DNA of 60,009 nucleotides, the filler included, from Dimargaris cristalligena (taxonomy: Eukaryota): assembly GCA_003614675.1 (NCBI GenBank). It is 3 parts of 3 records of this genome, joined end to end, with 100 filler letters (N's around TTAATTAATTAA, not from the genome) between each part and the next. Parts side by side here need not be neighbours in the genome. Positions count along the whole stretch, not along the records: positions 20,045 to 39,982 come from ML002714.1; positions 40,083 to 60,009 come from ML002715.1; 1 more part is not named here. One strand, written 5' to 3'. Under the pieces are notes generated by a model. It was not told where the DNA came from, did not search any database, and worked only from the letters and a program-made list of their open reading frames with translations. The position numbers and the translations under genes are program-made. Position 1 is the stretch's first letter, and each line of letters opens with the position of its first letter. Positions 37,157 through 49,757 of this stretch are shown piece by piece.

Positions 37157-39982
37157 GGGGAGAGATGGGGGGAGATAAACGTCATGGCAATTATTGGTAT
37201 ATGCACGCGCATACACAGAGAGGGAGATAGAGAGGCCCACAGTGGCACATGTGATGGACTTTTTTGCCCTTCCATTCGTCGTTCACTCACCACCAACCAA
37301 ACTCAGGTCACAGCGATGATAGGGTAGAGTAAGGGTGTATAGCATATAATCAAAAAGAGAGTGAATCGGACGAATGATATTCACGGATGCCACCCCCCAT
37401 TAGGCTCTGGGGGCCTGCTTATAAACGCAAACCCATAAGGCGGTCTCCGGGTTTTCCCGCATTGGGGGGCGCCAACCTGTATTTTTATGGTGGGAGGGCA
37501 TTTTTTATTAAATGAGCGCGCAGTATTCGCGGGAGTCTTTTAAAGCGCTCTACATCAATGAGCCCCCGGAAAGGGAGCCGAATGTAAACATAATAGTGGT
37601 ATGTATATCACTAGAACGTACATTGGGCTGCCGGTGGGGAGGAATATGACGGAGGAAGAGCCTTTGCACACTAACCCTAAATCCGACCCCCGCCGCTTTT
37701 CCCCGAAGGCCATCATCCAAAGCAGCGGTCGATAAATGGAATCCATCGCCCCTTCTGGGATAATCACCCTCGCTTCTCCTCTCCATTACATTATTTAGCT
37801 TGTATTCGCGGTATTAGGCTGTAATGTGGTGGTGGTAGGTAGTACCTAGTGTTCTCTACAACCGAACTCGGCCGACGGGTTGGGGGGAATGCAATAAATA
37901 AATGGGGAGGAGACCTCGCATGTGTACCGTGACTCCTCTCTTCTCTTTTCTTTTCTTCTCTTCCGCTAAGTGAAGCAGTCTGTCTGTTTTCAAGCGATGC
38001 GGTTACATCGAGCTCATAGATAAGATAGCACCAAGTGAGGAGGGGGGTGATGCTTGGTGGCGAGAAATGCCCCGCTGGGGTTGATTAACCACTATTTCCC
38101 CTCTTTGGTTGGCGACGACATCATGTGCCCCCCCCTTATCCCTTGATAGTGCTGAATGGGCGTGGCTCGTTAGCAGAGTCCTATGACCAACCAGCCAACC
38201 CAATTAACGGCCAAGCGGATTGTTGGTATATATAATGTGCCCCTGTCCAACCACCATCTGGGAATAAGAGTGTCCGACAGGGAAAAAGACCAGGGGAATA
38301 GAAGAGGATGGGGGCGACGCACCAAAAAGCAGTCTCTTTCTCTCTTGTTCACTTGCCTCTGTTCAACTGGAAACCGCCACCAATATACAATGCAGCATGA
38401 GGTAAGCCAGCGGTGCATGGAAAGGTCCAATAAAACCGGTGTAGTGGAGGAAGGGGGGAAGGGTAGATGGACCCTACCACGAATATCACTACTATACTGA
38501 TAATGGATGGAGCTTCGCCACCCAGCGCCGCAGGATGGCACACCTACTCTATCACACCCAGCGGTTCCCCCTGGTTCCGACCGCTGGATTCTGAGTCATT
38601 TACAACGAAGTGTCCCGCCTTTTTAGGCCCCGAGCAAACACGAAGAAAGAGGGAATACGCGAGAACCCACTGGGGCACTGGCTCACCTGTTATACTACCA
38701 CTCGGAAATCAAGCATCAAGTCAACTGCTATGCATTAATCATAATTAACCAAACCCCCCAATGTCCTCCGTTCTCATTTATCGACATTACGTATACCTAG
38801 GCGCTGGTGTATGTGCCAGGGCATCTCTAGCTGCCATGTCCGCACCACGATATTTCGGTTTATGCATATTGTTGTGACATGGCAATGCACAAAAATAGGA
38901 TATATAACTTACTAATAAGTTTTTAAAGACAACCTCGGGGAGTACTTTAGTATTATTATTATTATTAGTATTACTAGCAGTATAGTCCAGCCAAGGCCAG
39001 ATTCCCAAGGATGGTTTTATTCGCCAAGTCGCGGCGCAATGTCCCAAATAAGCAGTAGGCAATAAAAGGGTAATCTTATATACAAGATTGATTCGCTGGG
39101 GCCTAAACCGGGAAACCAGGGAGTTGAAACATACGCAGCAGTTATTTTGATTTTAATATAATAGAGGTTGATATAGTAGAATAGATTAGGTCGCCACTGT
39201 CAAGGCGATGCATTGTTATTATATTATATTTAATATGTGTTTTCCCAATATCCTCTAGATGAAAAATAGACTCCCACGGCCACCACCGTTCTGGGTCTTA
39301 TCATAATCGATCAAGCCCATCGCGCGACCCTTCTTCACCGCTGGAACATGGCTTGGGAATTGGCGGTGTAGGCCATTATTGGCGGGTAAATAGTGGTCTT
39401 TCTCAGTGAAGACAGCGGCGATCTGTTCTATCCCCTCCTCCGGTGATCCCCCCTACCACTTCTGCTGTTGGATTTAGTCACCTTTACTGTTGTAGTCCTC
39501 CTGGTTCACCCAGTCATCGCACACACACACACACACCACACTAAAAAACAAAAGCTGCTAAATAGACACACTGACCCCAACTCCACTTCCACTAACCATT
39601 GGGAGCAGATGGCCAGTAAGTTAGGAAAGGAAAGTAGAGTAAACCAATAAATCCAAAGGGAGACGGGGGATATCGGGATGTACAGCGGACTCTGTTCTAC
39701 CCACTGTGCCAATGCGGAGTAAGCCGGGTGGACCAGGAGTGTAACCGTTGGCAGCTTATCAGCCTTCCATCATCTCAGCAGATTACCGTGTTCCAAAAAA
39801 GGCAAGTAGTACCTCGGCTTATCTCCCGCCATCAAAAATAATCCCCAAATGGGCGGCTTGCAATTGTAAAATCCCCGCCTAATCAGGCGACGATTTCAGA
39901 TTAGTTAGGCTGGCGGAGGTAACATATGGGTGAAGTTCAGCTTGGCTGTATAAGGTTTTAACCGATATGTGTATGGGAAAAT

Positions 39983-40082
39983 NNNNNNNNNNNNNNNNNN
40001 NNNNNNNNNNNNNNNNNNNNNNNNNNTTAATTAATTAANNNNNNNNNNNNNNNNNNNNNNNNNNNNNNNNNNNNNNNNNNNN
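39983..40082. other. Artificial contig linker (N44-TTAATTAATTAA-N44)
   Basis: Same structure as the linker at 19945-20044. Confidence 0.99.
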
Positions 40083-40146
40083 ACGTTTATTACTGTTTAA
40101 ACTTTCCTTTTCACTATTCTCCTGCTATTGCACAACAGTTATATAA

Positions 40147-40249
40147 GTCAATATGGCCGAGTGGTTAAGGCGTCAGACTCGAACCTCATTCCAATGAGCG
40201 TGAAATCTGATGGGGTTCCCCCGCGCAGGTTCAAATCCTGCTGTTGACG
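40147..40249 (+). tRNA. tRNA-Ser(CGA) with a 21-nt intron (40184-40204)
   Basis: GTCAATA/TGTTGAC acceptor stem with G73, TGGCCGAGTGGTTAAGGC D-arm, TCAGA-CT CGA A[intron]A-TCTGA, long variable arm, GCAGG-TTCAAAT-CCTGC T-arm, T10 terminator. Confidence 0.93.
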
Positions 40250-41544
40250 AACTATTTTTTTTTTGCAAATATTTACCTTTGACCTTTAGTATATTTTATG
40301 ACCAGGACTACGTTCATTTTTTGAGAATCTATTCATAAATATTTACATTGTTTTACTAGGTGGGGGTGATAGAAGTTGGCATGCCGTGTCATTTTTCATC
40401 TGATCTCGTCAATTATTGGCACCTCAACTGTATAGTTGGTGTTTATTGAGTTTGCGTTATTCATTGCCTGATGAATATATCTGTTAAAAAGGATTTACTC
40501 AGCAACCTATATTTTGGATGAAGGCAGGCGATAAATACGACAGTAATTTGCATTGCTTGATATAGTGAGTATATAGCTTTTGCTATTGTTTCCTTATTAT
40601 TTTTGGTCAGTAGTGTACACAATCCATGTGGTCATTTACATCCATTGCTTTACTCCTTAAGCACCACTCTATATCAAACATCACAGGTCGTTCCTTACAT
40701 GCCACACGGCCAAATTACCAGCCTGGCTTTCATCATTGTTCCTTTACTCCTAAATACCCACACACACTAATTTGAGCGGTGTCTACCCATTTCACAGGGA
40801 GAATAGGTGCGGTTGACATGTGGATTAAAGTAGTAGGGATATGTCACGCTGAACCTAGTTGCCGGGAATCATGGTGTATTTTTTCCGAGAATGGTGAGGG
40901 GCCTCTCCAGTGACCATGGTCCGCAGTCAGATGACCCAACGCTTGGTTTCCCAGACAGACCTTTGCAGCTATCTCCAACCATCAAAATATTACAGAAGTG
41001 GGGAGGTCACATTGCTTCGGTTTAGGCAATAATAAAAGGTGGGAGGAGGAATCATCGCTTGCCACTCAATCTGCTGGCGGACTGTGGAAAGGGGGGGAGG
41101 GCCTCCTCATTTACTTACCGCGGGCCTGTAGCGGGAGGGTATTGTAGAGTGGAGGGCGGGAAATGTTACCCTCCGTAATGTTGACTAGGGCACACATGGG
41201 GCTGGTTGATTATCAGTTGATGGGATACATAGGCAAGGGTTGGAGGGTTGGTGTATGCGCAGGCCCAACCACCAGTTATATTTATTCCTGTCCAGGGCCC
41301 TTCTTCTGCACAGTATGTCTTCCAGCTTTTTGGTTACACACCTCCCCTCTATTCCGACTTTTGTAAATTCGTCATTTCTGGTCGCTTGTTAAGCCCATAG
41401 CCTCGTCTCTGGCGTTCTATTCCTGCCTTGTATTCTGTCCACTCCAACTTCATTTCTATACTGCCCTGTTCACTGAACCGTATACTCCCTCCCCTGCTTC
41501 TCCAGTCACCTCTTCCTCCCCGCCCGAGTCATCCATATTCAGCT

Positions 41545-42728
41545 ATGGTGAAAGAGTACCTAGCCCACGCCGAGGCCAATTACCCGGTGTATTTGGCCAC
41601 CGAATGGGGTCCCCATCTGCCCGTGGCCATCGCCATGACCCTACACGCCCTGCGGGTTAGTTACGAGGTCCGCAAGATGCTTAACATCAACGGCCGTTTG
41701 CCTATGCTGCATGAGGTCTTTGTCCTGCTAACCCTGTCGTTTGGCGGTGGTATCATTTCTGGTAAGTCGAAGTACCTCTTTATATCTATTATCCAGACGG
41801 CGTTGTACATAGGGGTCTGCTACTGCCTCGGCTGCCAGTGGCGACTGCACTATTCACTTACCTTGTTAGAGATGGCATCGAAATCCCCAATGCGAGTCTT
41901 TTCCTGTATCGGCTCAATCTATGGCGGAACTCACTGGGGCGAATACCCCGCTTTGTTCGTGGGGCACATGTCCAGCGACTCATTAATCCCAAATTTAACC
42001 AATTCTATTGTCCCATCCCGATATACCAACCCTACTTAATCGATGTAGCCTCGCTTCTCGGCAATCCCCAACCCTGGTTGGTGAATAACGGCATGATCCC
42101 CACCTACGGCCTGGTGTACCTGGCGGTTGGGTTCTTCCCCGGGGATTTCGTATTCCAGCTCCTGCGCCTTCTCTCCCCGGCTTCCGATATCTTCCTGGCT
42201 GCCGTGGACGGTGCCATCCGGGGCTACGGTGTTACAGTGGCCGGGGTGGAAATGGTGCGAAACATGGACGGCCCCATCAGCCAGTCCCTCACGGCTATGC
42301 TGGTCATCGGCACGGTGCTAGGCTGCGGCGGTGGGATCATCGAAGACGTCATCCAAATGTCCAAGCGCAGTTGGGCTCTTCGTACGCCCACTTTCTTCCA
42401 GCGCCCTAACGTCGATATGGGCATTACGTTCACCACTGTGGTGTTCTACATCTTCAGCACTCGTCTCTGGCGCTTCGATGACCAACACCCGGGGCTGATT
42501 GGGGCCGCCTGGTTGGATGCTATCATCGAATGGATGATTCCCGAATTGGCCCCCGAAACGGCCCGCGTTCTATGCGGCCTGTTTTGTGCCGGCGCTCTTT
42601 CGTACAAGGCCCTGGGCGATCATCGCCAGTACCAAGGCTGGTTGAAAAAATCCGCTCTCACCCCGACTCCGACTGTCGCCGCTGCCCCGGAGCTTAACGA
42701 GAAGGAGGATACTAAGAAGGACCAGTAG
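41545..42728 (+). CDS. TRIC/TMEM38-like trimeric intracellular cation channel family protein (298 aa); exons 41545-41761 and 42049-42728
   Basis: SFGGGIISASLLGNPQPWLVNN, YLAVGFFPGD, IRGYGVTVAGV, IGTVLGCGGGII: two Gly-rich repeats in a multi-TM protein. Confidence 0.7.
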
Positions 42729-43703
42729 GCCTCCGTAGTGCTCTCACCTAAGTCTCTACTAATTTCCCCTTTAGAGTATAAAGGTGAGGGGATGGGGGTG
42801 TGGCCTTAATTTGGCTTGTCAACCCCTTGCCGATTTAATTTTTTTAGCATTATATATACGTATATATTCTGTATAGTTTAAAGTCCAGACCTGTCTATTC
42901 AACTGAGTACCTCCTGGTTCGACTTTCATTGCTTTACCTGTTTAGTGCCCGTCAATTTGCTCTATTTCATAAATTCCATATAATTAATTACCTACCCGAC
43001 TGGGTTGAGGGATCAATTTTACCGACTATTTTAAATATTTTATGATAAGAGGGTACCTAGTTGTGCAGGGTGAAGCTGTGTAAAATAACCAAAGGAGGTA
43101 TACTTAGTTAGGGCTAAGTTAGTGTACCCCTCCTTCACAGCTAATTTAGTGACTCAATTCTAGAAGTGCACTGTAGTTTAGATATTCCATAATCTGAAAT
43201 ACTGGGTCATTGTTGGTTTGGTACAAGTTACATTGGCTGGCCAGTGTCGAGTTTCAATCATGTGATCCAAAGCCATCCTATTCCCCGGACCATAATTTAA
43301 TCGCTGTTGTTTCTATGGTCATTACTGGCCTGGATTACAGGCATAAGGGGGGGGGTATAGTGAACGTGTCGTATCGTTTAGCAAAGTATACGGAAGGCGT
43401 AATAAAGCAATCACCCTGGTCGAGTCAGATTCGAGTCCATGGAAGAAATAGGGGCTTGTCAAATAGGGCTAGTTCCAACGATTCTTAAGTTTTCCTCCTG
43501 CCTTTAATAGACATATTCCAATTTGCAAGCACCTTCGATTTACCCCCCCCCCCAACCTACTTTAGGAGCAGGTCCATGCCAGTCAAGAGTCCGGCTGTTT
43601 TGACGTTCAATGTGCTATTTCCTTGATTGAACAGCACCGCCCCGGTCGAATCCACCAACCTATCCACATTTCTTTATTTTTCCCTCCACGCATTGAGTCC
43701 GCC

Positions 43704-45793
43704 ATGCTGGCCCTCTGGTTGAGACAAACGATTTCCTTACGGGCACCGGTACCGACTGTTCGGGTTAATCGCTGGTTAACGAAGCCGCTCGATATATCCA
43801 CCCGGCACTTTATCACTCCGGCTAATTTAGGTAAGTAAAACACCCTTATCGATTTTTAAACCGTAATCATAACCAAATACATTACCATTGCCAAAAAGCC
43901 CCACCAGGCTGATACAAATGCTACCTTTTCTTGGGATTACTGCATTTTCCAGAACCCTAATACGTGGCGACTTAAGAGCAATCAAAAGTCACTGGGTTTC
44001 CCACCATCATAGCTATTTCCATATTCATGGCTAATGGAATCTAATTACTGAAACTATTTTATCCATTCTACTCCACAGCCCGATCCGCCTATTTCCATAC
44101 CACTAGTTTAAACCGAAAAGACGATAGTCATGGTTCTTTGGACCCACCACCGCCGTCTGGCGAAGAGGGTTTATTGATTGAAGATTTTTTCGGTGACCAT
44201 ATTGACCTTCACCAGTTGGGCCTGAATACCGCCGATCCATTGAAAGATAATGCGCCGTCTCTATTATCATCAGACCCCACCTTGTCACACACTATGGACC
44301 CAAGCCGGCCCGGCCCCCCTGAGGAGCCGACACCTATGGAAACTCCCGCTGGCAGCACTACCTCCCAGTCCCTCTCCTGGATCCACTTGAGCATGGAACG
44401 GTTGAAAGAACGAAACGATAGTCAGGGAATTTTGCTCAAGTGCCAGGAAGTTGTCGACCGGGGACTGAGACCCACGGAGGAGACCTACCGCCACTTACTC
44501 CATGCCTACCGAGTCGACCGCCAGTTCAACGCGGCCTACGCCGCGCTGAAACAGATGATCAAGCACAAAATTTCCCGAACCGTGGGTCCGTTCCACCAGG
44601 TGATGGGGATTGCCGTCTATACCCGGTACTCGTACGGCTGCCAACTGGTCTACGATCTCATGAGCCGCCAGGGCATTAAAACCACCTCCTTGACTTATCA
44701 GTACCTGATTAGCAGTTACTGCCTCGATAACCAGATTGAACTGGCCCTGCGGCTGTATACGGTGCTGCGTGGGAACCATTTGGAGCCTACCGACGCCACT
44801 ACCCACCAAATCATTGGTGCCCTGTGCGATAATAATGCCACGGGCGAGGCGTTCCAATTACTTTTGGATTGCGAGCAGCGGAGCGGGTCCCTCAAGGCCA
44901 GCACCTACATTCGGCTGTTCCGCTCCGCGGCGGAGCATAACCATATCGAACCCTCGTTCCACTGCTGGCGCAAATTCGTGGACGTTTTCCGCATTCAGCC
45001 CACCCAGGGCGATTGTCTATTGGCCCTACGGGTCGCGGCCCTCAAAGCGCGCCCCGACCTTGCCTCGGACGTTCTGCGGGTCATGAACATCTACGAATAC
45101 CAATGCCAAGAACCGCATCTCGACAGCCTATTCATCGCTTTCGTGCGGGTAAGCGACTGGCGCAGCGCCCTGAACGTACTGCTGCTCATGTGGGAGGCCC
45201 GGTTCCTCGCGGACCATTCCTTATTCGAACCGATGCTGCACCGGCTCATTCGCCAGCCTAAACAGATGGACAATGTCCTGGCGGTCCTGACGGAATTCCA
45301 ACTCGAGAACAAACCCGTTTTCGTGGGTGTGCTTAACGTCCTGCTCAACGCCAAAACCCGATTGGGGAACGTGCGCGACACCCTCCCGTTCCTCCGGGAA
45401 TTCCAAACCCGGTTCCACGTGGCCCCTACCCGCGAGTCGTATCATGTGTTGTTGGAGGGTTGCGTGGTTGCGGGGGATAATGTGCTGGCGGACCAACTGT
45501 TCCACGAAATGCAGCAGCAGGACTCGGTGGATCTTAAGCCGAATCGGGGCACGTATAAGAAAATGATCATATTGCATACGCACCGGCCCAATTACGATGA
45601 GGCGTTCGTCTTACTCGAGGAAATGAAGGCCGCTAATATCATCCCGCCCACGTCAGCGTACATCGCCATTATCCGGGCGTGTATTCGGTCCAGCGACTCC
45701 CGGGCGAAGGTGGCGCTGAAGGAAATGGAAATGTTCGGGTACCCCTTGTCGTTTGAGCTCCGCGAGGCAGTAAGCAAGTTTGTGGCCATTTAA
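43704..45793 (+). CDS. Mitochondrial pentatricopeptide-repeat (PPR) protein (613 aa); exons 43704-43830 and 44079-45793
   Basis: Arg-rich presequence MLALWLRQTISLRAPVPTVRVNRW; about 35-aa repeats such as TYQYLISSYCLDNQIELALRLYTVLRGNHLEPT and SYHVLLEGCVVAGDNVLADQLFHEMQQ. Confidence 0.88.
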
Positions 45794-45818
45794 TTTGGCC
45801 TACATATATCGTTATACG

Positions 45819-45844
45819 CACACACACACACACACACACACACA
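45819..45844. repeat. (CA)13 microsatellite between the convergent PPR and CTF18 genes
   Basis: Read directly from the sequence. Confidence 0.95.
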
Positions 45845-46045
45845 TACATATATATATTAATGTAGGTGGTTCTCAGAGTCAGGGCTAAAAAGAGTTTATT
45901 ACAAATAAATATAGGAATCATCAAAAAGGCGTGTAGAATCGGGAGGAGAGGATTTATGTTAAAATGGCCGTGGATGACTGAAACAAATGTAACGAAATCT
46001 TTGAGGATTTCGCTAGTGGTTCCACTATTAACGTTTGGCGCGGGA

Positions 46046-49000
46046 TTAAAGTAAAAATTCGCTTATCTTGACGGGTTTCCGAACCGCATTCGAAAACCCT
46101 TCATTAAATTGGTACCAGATACGCGAACCCGTGGGATTGTTGGCGGTGACCGGCTCCGAATATCCCCCCCGGGCGGGCGACTTGTCCGTAGCCCGGGTGG
46201 GGGATGCCGACGGGCTCACCGAACTGGGCACCTGCGGTTGAATGGGGCGACCAAAGAAATCCCGCAACAATGGGGCAGCGACCTTCGTGGGCGGGGTAGA
46301 CGACATCTGCGTCGGTGTATTATCTTGGGGGGCCGAAGGGGGTGGCATAGTGGAGCGTCGGGCGGCCTGGCTAGTATACGTTTCCAGAATGGCCGCCGCA
46401 GCCACTGCCGTAGCTGAAGGTCGGTTGGTTGATGGAGCGGACACCGCCGTCAAGGCTTCCTCCGCATCCCGTAGGGCCAGTTCACGCCGCCGTATAATTT
46501 CCTTTTCGACTTCCTGGGCGATCATTTGCTGCGTAGCGTATTTAGTGGGCAGCAGACTGGTGGTACGTTTGGCCGTCAGTGTACCGCCACCGTTATTTGT
46601 CCCTGAACCATCTTTGGTGCCCGGCTTTTCCCACTGGCGGGTCAGTAGGGTCGCCGAAGTCGGCAGTACGACCAGGTTCAATTTATCGGCCACCAAAGTC
46701 AGTTCCAGGGGCGGTTCGATGCGGTATTGGAATTGGCCGTCTTCGGACCGTTCCTGCACGTAGGTTAGGCCACTGTGGGCCATGACGGCCACGAGCCGAT
46801 CGAACTCGGCCCGTTCGTCGGGTTTCAGCAACTGGACATTACTGCCCGTGATGGGGGTGGCAATAATCCGGGTTAGGGACGATATAAGTTCGAGGGCCAG
46901 TTTAGGGACGGTCCAATGCCGCCGAACGGACAGACTTCGCATACCGGTTAAGGTGCCCAGCAGAATTTGTTCGCAGGCGCGCTGTTGGGTGCGCATTTCG
47001 TAGTCCACGCGGGGGTAACTCCATTCGTGGTTCTGGGCAAACGGATTCGCCATGGCCGAATGGGCGAACATGAGGGAGTAGGGCATGTACCCCAGCAAAG
47101 CATCTTTCCCCTGGGAGGATCCGCCGGTACTGTACAGTTTGGCGTTGAGTAAGTCGTAATAGGCGAACCAGTCCCCAGTCTGCACAATTTTTTGGAAGTA
47201 GGAGTCGTGGAACCGTAATCGGAGGTAGTTTTCGAAGCAGCCTTGGATAAGTTTGTCGTATTCGCCGCTGGCCACCAAGTCCGCGTACAGATTTTCCAGA
47301 TACTCCCGCCGGTAGGCCGTACCCCGGATTTTCAGATTGGTGGACGCTGGAGCGGCGGGGCCGTTTGAAGGGGTGGTGGTAAGGCTCGGTTGATTAAGCG
47401 CGGCGGCCGTTAGGCCCGAAAGGGGCTGGGCGGAGGGTGGGGTGAAAATACGTTCCCACAGCTGAAACAGGGACTGCTCGGTATCTTTAACACCGACGGG
47501 GGTGCGTTTAATCATGTCCCAAGTGATGTGGGCCATCGAGGAACGCGCGGCATGGGAGGTACACATTTGTTGGTGGAGAAACTGGAGGGTATGGAGGCAA
47601 TTACGCAAGTCGCATTCGGAACGACTGCTCAGGGCCACCAGAGTCGACAGGTCCGCCCGGAGGCCCTCCGATAGGCATAGCGTCTGGAGGCGCTGGGCTA
47701 CCACGGCGGGGGCCGGTCGTCGGATATGGTAAACCTGGGCTACCGTTCGCAATTGGCGCAGGGCCGGGGCGTAGATGTTATTACAGACGCAAATGATGGG
47801 TCGCATCAGTGGAGCCGGTCCCTTGCGCCGCCGCGCCGGTCGATTGGCCGCGCCACCTCCCTTGGACTTATCGGGTATATCCAAGTCCGTGAAGGAACGC
47901 ATTTTAGAATGGGATGTCGACGCTTCGGCCTGGGCCATGGCCACCAGCAGCCCGATGAAATCCCGGGGATTGGCACTGGTATTGCCACCTGGTCCACCGG
48001 GACCCGCCCCCGTGACGGCCACACCGTCGATTTCATCAATAATCAGGGCCGTGGGTTTTCCCGACGCCCGAACCGAGTGGGACTGCGCGATGGAAGTCAA
48101 TTTGTGGTACACCTGCGTGCCGGATCGGTCGTCGCTGGCGTTGATTTCCACCGTAGCATAGCCCGCTTGCTGGGCAATAATGTGGGCCAAGGTGGTTTTA
48201 CCTAACCCCGGGGGACCCGCCAGCAGCATAATCTTGCGGAAGGGCCGGCGGTAGGGGTCATCGTTTTTGCGCCCATCGTAACCACCCCCACGCTGATTAC
48301 CTAGGTCATTATTATTGTTAGTATTATTATCAGCACCGGAGCCCCGGTTGGAAGAAAACCGGTCTTTATCCCCCGTATTAAAGCCGGGCCCAGTGCGGGA
48401 GGAGCGATTGTGGAGTTTGGTGTGGTTTTGGTAGGATGGGTTTTTGCGGCCAAAGACACAGTAGTCCCATTGTTTGAGCCATAGAAGGGTTTCACGATTA
48501 ATCTTTTCATCGCTGATTAGATCAGTGAAATAACGCGGTTTGTATTTGTCCACCCAAAGGGTTCGCATTGCGGTGTTACCTTCGCCGCTAGATATACGTG
48601 AATATATATATATATAGTATATACAATAAGGTTAAGAAGGAATGAATATCCGAAAATGGGAAAATGAGCTGATGGGCGATATCAGTACCCTCCATAATAT
48701 ATAAGGCATGGTCTTACATTTTCATAGACTGGGCCATGGGTTCCAACTGCGCCGTAGGGTCTGTGCGCCGAAGGGTATTTTCCACTCGATCCTGTTCAAT
48801 TTCGTCCAGAATCCGGTAAATCGACGATCCTAGGGTGGTCCGACTAGTCCGAATGATTTGTTCCAACCGGTCCTGTGCCGCTACCTGGTGTCGGATCGGT
48901 TTACGCCATTCGGACCCACGCTTCCGGGGGAAATAAAGACGGCAGCCATTGGAGGTGCTCGCCATAACAAATGAGCCCGACGCTGGCGGTACTCGATAGT

Positions 49001-49757
49001 CGTGCTGGGAGAACGTCTCTTGGTCACTTGGTGGTGGCGGGGCCGAGTAGTCATCCGTAGGCCGGATGCTTACCTCCTCATCGGAATATAACTCACTGTC
49101 CACCAAATAGGTACTCCTAGAGGTCTTGGATGGGGCTGTGTGGAGGGAGTGACCCGGTCGGCGGGACGTAGATGCCAAATTATTAGCCATGGAAGGCTGT
49201 AGTCCCGGATCCGCGCCCAAACCCAAATCACTACTCATCATATCGTCGTCGTAGTCATCCAGGAAATCTAGCATGGACCGATTGAACAGCGACGTTGGTT
49301 TGGGTTGGGACAAAAGCGAGGATGTAGGCTCTTCGTAGTTACTACGGGAGGTTCCAAATAGCCCCGAGTTGCGTATACCGGGGGAAGCCGATAATAAGCC
49401 GAAATTATCCGTGGGTTTGCTGGCAAACAGTGATGAAGTGGTGGTGGGTCGGGAGGGGGTGATAGCATCCTGCATGAGCTTGGTTTTTTTAAATGGGCCA
49501 CTCTCAGTATGCGTTCCTTCGGTTGCCACGGCCCTGTCGTCAGCTAGGGAGTCCAGGTGCAATAGGGATACTATATCGTCGCTCGCCAATAATGACGCGT
49601 CGGTACTAAGAGGTCGTTTACTCGGCGGTCGGGTGGGCGGGCGGACAATCGAAGAAGCACCCTGGGTAGAGTGGAATTCGCTTAACTGGGAGAACGGAAA
49701 GTCCAGCTCGGTAGAGCCCGCTTCGCCGTCTGAGGGAGGGCTATCGTCGTTCAACAT
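46046..49757 (-). CDS. CTF18: Ctf18 RFC-like clamp loader subunit (1193 aa); exons 49757-48718 and 48587-46046
   Basis: LWVDKYKP, WLKQWDYCVF, GPPGLGKTTLAH, EINASDDRS, IIDEIDG, RPIICVCN, C-terminal FNEGFSNAVRKPV; AT|gtaaga...tctag|C intron joins the 347-aa ORF in frame. Confidence 0.96.

Noticed and set aside
44209..48205. Many overlapping antisense ORFs over the PPR and CTF18 genes
   Set aside because: They are shadow frames of GC3-rich coding sequence.
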